The notes beneath the pieces are model-generated. The model ran no database searches. It saw only the letters and a list, made by a program, of their open reading frames with translations, and had not been told where the DNA came from. This document shows positions 60,001-64,000 of a stretch of 64,000 nucleotides of DNA, one piece after another (within the stretch, counting starts at the first letter, position 1; every line of letters starts with the position of its first letter). The DNA lies in assembly GCA_001949185.1 (NCBI GenBank), contig BDGG01000001.1, positions 3,179,324 to 3,243,323 on the forward strand, read 5' to 3'. The DNA is from Ramazzottius varieornatus. Lineage: Eukaryota; Animalia; Tardigrada. The translations under genes were made by a program, and so were the position numbers.

Positions 60001-63000
60001 CTGGAAAAGTTTTGGCGCGCTGACCAGACATGCCAGTGCCGAGCTCAAAGACGCAGCGAAGACTCCAGTGGTAATTATGGGCCCAACCGCGCTCATTTCT
60101 GTCATCATCTATAGGTCCCCATTACTGTCAGCTACCTTCCATGATACAACGCAACCAACTACAGCAAGCACCTTACCTGGTAGCTGTTCGAAATACCCCA
60201 GCGACAGCTCGGAGTACAGTCCATCGTCCCATTTGCGATACATACCAACGGGCAGTCGGTAATGTTCCCGCTAATCAAGTCAAGAACACTGCCTGTAGCG
60301 TCGCGGATGCCTGTTGCAGCAATGGCCAGCGCACACAGTAAGTATGACATAATCGACACGAAGATGGCCAAAAGAGTTCCCTTCGGAATGGCAGTCCCCG
60401 GATTCTGAAACAATTACACCGTTGAAGACAAGTGACAGATGAAAAAACAGTTGAGGTTTACCTTGAGGTCGCCGGAGATGTTCGCCCCAGCCATGATGCC
60501 CGTACAAGCCGGGAAGAAGATACCGAACATTGTCATGAAAGAATGTCCATCCCGGAAGTTTGGCCAAAAGTTGTCGGAGAAGGTCGTTGCCGAGTACTCT
60601 ACGATCCCTTTGGAGAGCTTCTGTTCCGACCGAGGCAGAAACGTCCCGACAAAAAAGTTGATAAAAGAGCCTATGATGACTCCAAAGAGTACCAGCTGGG
60701 TTCTTCCTTCCCACTTCAGCGCATTCGGACTAAGGATCAGAGCGAGAAGTCCTATCATGGTGATAAGACCCACTATGCGCACATCGTTCGTGAAGTCCAC
60801 CATCATAACACCATGTTCCTGAAAGATAAGGAAAATTAAAACTAAAGGAATGTGATAACGCAGCCAAAGGCTTATTACAGCTAACAATTCAACCAGCGCC
60901 TCGGCGAACCCGACACAGTTCATCCCGACTGCTACTGCGTTGGCCAGACTGAAGATTATTCCCACAGCTCCTCCAAACTCCGGCCCTGTAAAACGGCTGA
61001 ATAGAACTAAAACGGCTTGAATACGTTTTAGTTAGTACTGCGACAGGCTTCCGAAGTTTCCAACTTTGTGTCCTGACAGAGTCCTACACGTACCGAGGGA
61101 TCTGGATATTAGGAAGTAAGTGCCGCCACCTGTAGTGAAAGTTCAGTTGTCAGCATGCTTCCGGGCAATGAAGGACGCAACTGGGAAGAATCCAACGAGT
61201 TTCCGGAGGAAAGTTTTGCATTCGGCTTTTTTGTCTTCTATTGTCTTATCAGTGACAATATTCCGAAGTATTACTTATTTTGCACGTGAGCAGGAAAAGA
61301 AACGTACAAGATCGTTTTTCCTCTAGTGGCGCACGTGTCTGTTGTTATTGGCTGGAGGGGTGCGCCACTCAAGACAGCGAGTTTGTACGCTAGGTTTGCC
61401 CAGCTCCCATGTTTTGTCGACGGTAGTCCGTCTGGTACCTTTTACGGCTCCGTTGGTGCTTATGGCCGACATGGACAGGGTTGTTGTCACAACGACGACA
61501 GCAGCCAGTGCCAGAATGGCAACTGTTAGACCTATTACACAAAAAACAACTCAAACTCGAAATCCACAGTTATACCTAAACTACACGCATCAGCTGCGGC
61601 AGAAGAGTCTGCCACTTGTGATAAGCATGACAAAGTATTTCCCCCATCCCACTTGGGCAACATTATTTCAAGAACCATATTTCTTTCACAGCCCGCAAGT
61701 GATCCTCTGGCATTCAGCAGTCACTTATTCGCATCGTTGATTTTAGCAAGGATCATGTGCAAGAAGTTCCTTCTAATTAGCATGATGAGTGCAGCTATTA
61801 TTAGCCATGTTCGTGACACGGCCAAATGATCTCACTTTAGGAAAGAGGAAGCTCCACGCGGTGACTTTGGAGTACATATTCGACAAAGCCAATGGAGCGG
61901 CTTATCTTCTTGCACCAACATCAATTAATTTAGACAAGGCTCGCTCGCTGGCGCAAAGACCCAGCCGTCGCAATTCAAGCGAGGCACACGAGCTTACTGC
62001 GACGGCTTTCCCACCACACGCGCAACAAGTTTGAGATTTTTATCGACATTGTAAAAAGCAGTGTACTGACCTAATCCAGCTTGAGCAACCACCCACGATA
62101 AACGCATAAAGAGCAAGACTCCTGCAACATGAAAACGTATAAATATTTGAGCTGTCTCATACTAAAATACAAATAATTACGGCACTTACCCCAAATATTC
62201 AGTAGGCATCGAACCTAAAACGAATTTCTCATAGTAATTTAGTAAATGGCCAAAATATTGACAAAACAAAGAAAAAAGTCTTACGAATACTCCTCGAATC
62301 CATCCGAATTTTATTCCTTGCGCTGTTTGAGTTACCGGTGCGATCAGTACCGCTGCTGAGTCCTTCCGGGAGATGCCACTTTCCACCCTCGCGATATCGG
62401 TCTTGTCCTGTCAAGAAGAGGCTGTAATCTAAGCGCGAACAGCCTTTTAAGCAAGATCTTTGCTTTAGGGTATTAGTCCAATAACCTACTTCGCGTAGTT
62501 CGAGGATGGTTGGCCGGGCTCGTCCTTCCCTCGTGAGGGACAGGACATCTAAAATTGATGAGTAAACCAATTAGGCCGGTTGAAGGCGCTAAACAGTGGA
62601 TGCATTTTACGAACAGTTTGTCTCCCTTGGCATGGCCTCGAACGTGTCTTCTCCGTTGAATCCTTCGCCGTCATCACTGTCGTAGTCCACTCCTCGGCGA
62701 GGTCTGTCGTATCTTTCGCAAGTGATGTATCCAATATCATCGATATCCTAAACATCAACAAACATCGTGTAACGCGAGCAGGAAGTCCGACAATCAAGTT
62801 AGAAAGCTTCCTACTTTGTTTATTGACGAAACGTTCTTTGTACTGCTCGTAGTTGGAACTTCCCGAACCAGCCAACGGAATAAATTATCGTATGAGTACC
62901 TGGGAGTAGGTCGAAACGTGGTCATCTTCGGCTTGTTCCGGTGGATGATTCACTGCTGCATATTCCTCTGGTGATCCCTCCTTGAAACGGATGCTGGCTT

Positions 63001-63052
63001 GCTTAACCGGTATAACGTTGAACCGAGAGTTCGTGCCGGGAGAGTCGGCCAT
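57075..63052 (-). CDS. Na-K-2Cl cotransporter (SLC12A1-3 family, NKCC-like)
   Basis: N-terminal [111 protein letters not shown]. Confidence 0.95.
61325..61369. repeat. Copy of dispersed intronic inverted-repeat element
   Basis: AGTGGCGCAC-N25-GTGCGCCACT in NKCC intron 61130-61438. Confidence 0.85.
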
Positions 63053-64000
63053 CTTACTTCCGGACTGTAAAACAGAGACCGGACGACTGAGAAAAGACAG
63101 CGACAGCGACGACCGGTCTACAGATAACGTCTTGATTAGATACACGAATATACATAAACTTACCTTCGATCGTACGTCAAAGATACGCCAGTCGTTTTGG
63201 TGCAGAAATCCGATCGTTAAATGAACGTCCTGCCCAGTCTAATTTATCTGCGAAAAGGCGGTCAGGGACTTCCGGTGGATAAGTGTGGCAGCGCCGGAAG
63301 AGCTTCTAGGTCTGATAACACGGTTGATCCTGAACTTTAGCAAACGAAAGCGTTACCGCCATCCGTTCTTGACAACCGACTTACTGAAGGCAGGACGGTG
63401 AGCAGTAGACGGTGAGTGAGGTACGCTGGTTGGATTTTCTTATTTGCACAGTGAGTCAAGGTACGGAAAACGATGAAAACAAGTCAGCGAAAACGGCTTC
63501 CAGTTCCCAAACAAGTGTCCTCCGTAGAGCAATCAACTTCAGCTTCGTTGCTCCGGTTCTGCGATCAGCTGTTGGCCTGTTGCTTCGGCTGTTTTGCATG
63601 TGGACTGCTTGTCATGGCCACCGAAGAGATGAGCAGATCAAGAGCGTCGGCGAGGAGAGAGATAAAAGTAGACCGGAAAAGCGGAATGAGGCTGCCGGCG
63701 GCCATTGTTATGACATCACCGTGTATACCATCCTTTCGCTTGACGTCACAAGCCCGACACATACATAGTTCACAAGGCCGAATAAAACTATAAGCATACT
63801 AGTAGAATAAATCATAATTCCGATGTGGTTTTAGGGGAGATTAAGGGATACCGCGTCGATTCACCAAGAGTCACCAGGGTACCAGAACGAACAAAACAAC
63901 GAAACACAGTTTGATACTGTAACACCAGGAATGCGTTTCCGCCTTCCCCACAGAATCACCAGGAGCTCGTGAAGAGGTGAATACCTGCCGGTGCGGAAGG

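Noticed and set aside
6404-61369. CRISPR-like or attC-like reading of the palindromic repeats
   Set aside because: Copies are dispersed kilobases apart inside spliceosomal introns, with no array, cas or integrase gene.
61130-62070. NKCC2-like mutually exclusive TM2 exons in the enlarged introns
   Set aside because: Only one such exon (61531-61439) was found; no paralogous cassette is visible.

Overview
Gene-dense animal (ecdysozoan) genomic DNA with many short (~55-90 nt) GT-AG introns. The compactness, chitin-related genes and receptor guanylate cyclase suggest a tardigrade-like genome (inference only). Spliced genes reconstructed by eye, in order: 3' end of a short WNK kinase (+), Beclin-1 (-), ATMIN/ASCIZ (+), Expansion/Rebuf MH2 protein (-), CBM14 chitin-binding secreted protein (+), receptor guanylate cyclase (-), divergent Slo/BK-type K+ channel (-), secreted heme peroxidase with a Gly/Pro/Tyr-rich tail (-), GCN2 (+), TNFR-like membrane protein (-), C1orf74/DUF4504 homolog (+), orphan secreted protein (-), stand-alone EMI-like secreted protein (+), glass (+) and an NKCC-type SLC12 cotransporter (-). 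Non-coding features include a hAT-type non-autonomous element, two copies of a TIR MITE and a fold-back element. The most striking pattern is a dispersed, fixed-length inverted-repeat element (GTGGCGCAC-N25-GTGCGCCAC, often with a CCAAT-like centre). All copies found lie in longer-than-usual introns of unrelated genes. No rRNA, tRNA or CRISPR was recognised. All gene models are manual and unverified by transcript data.
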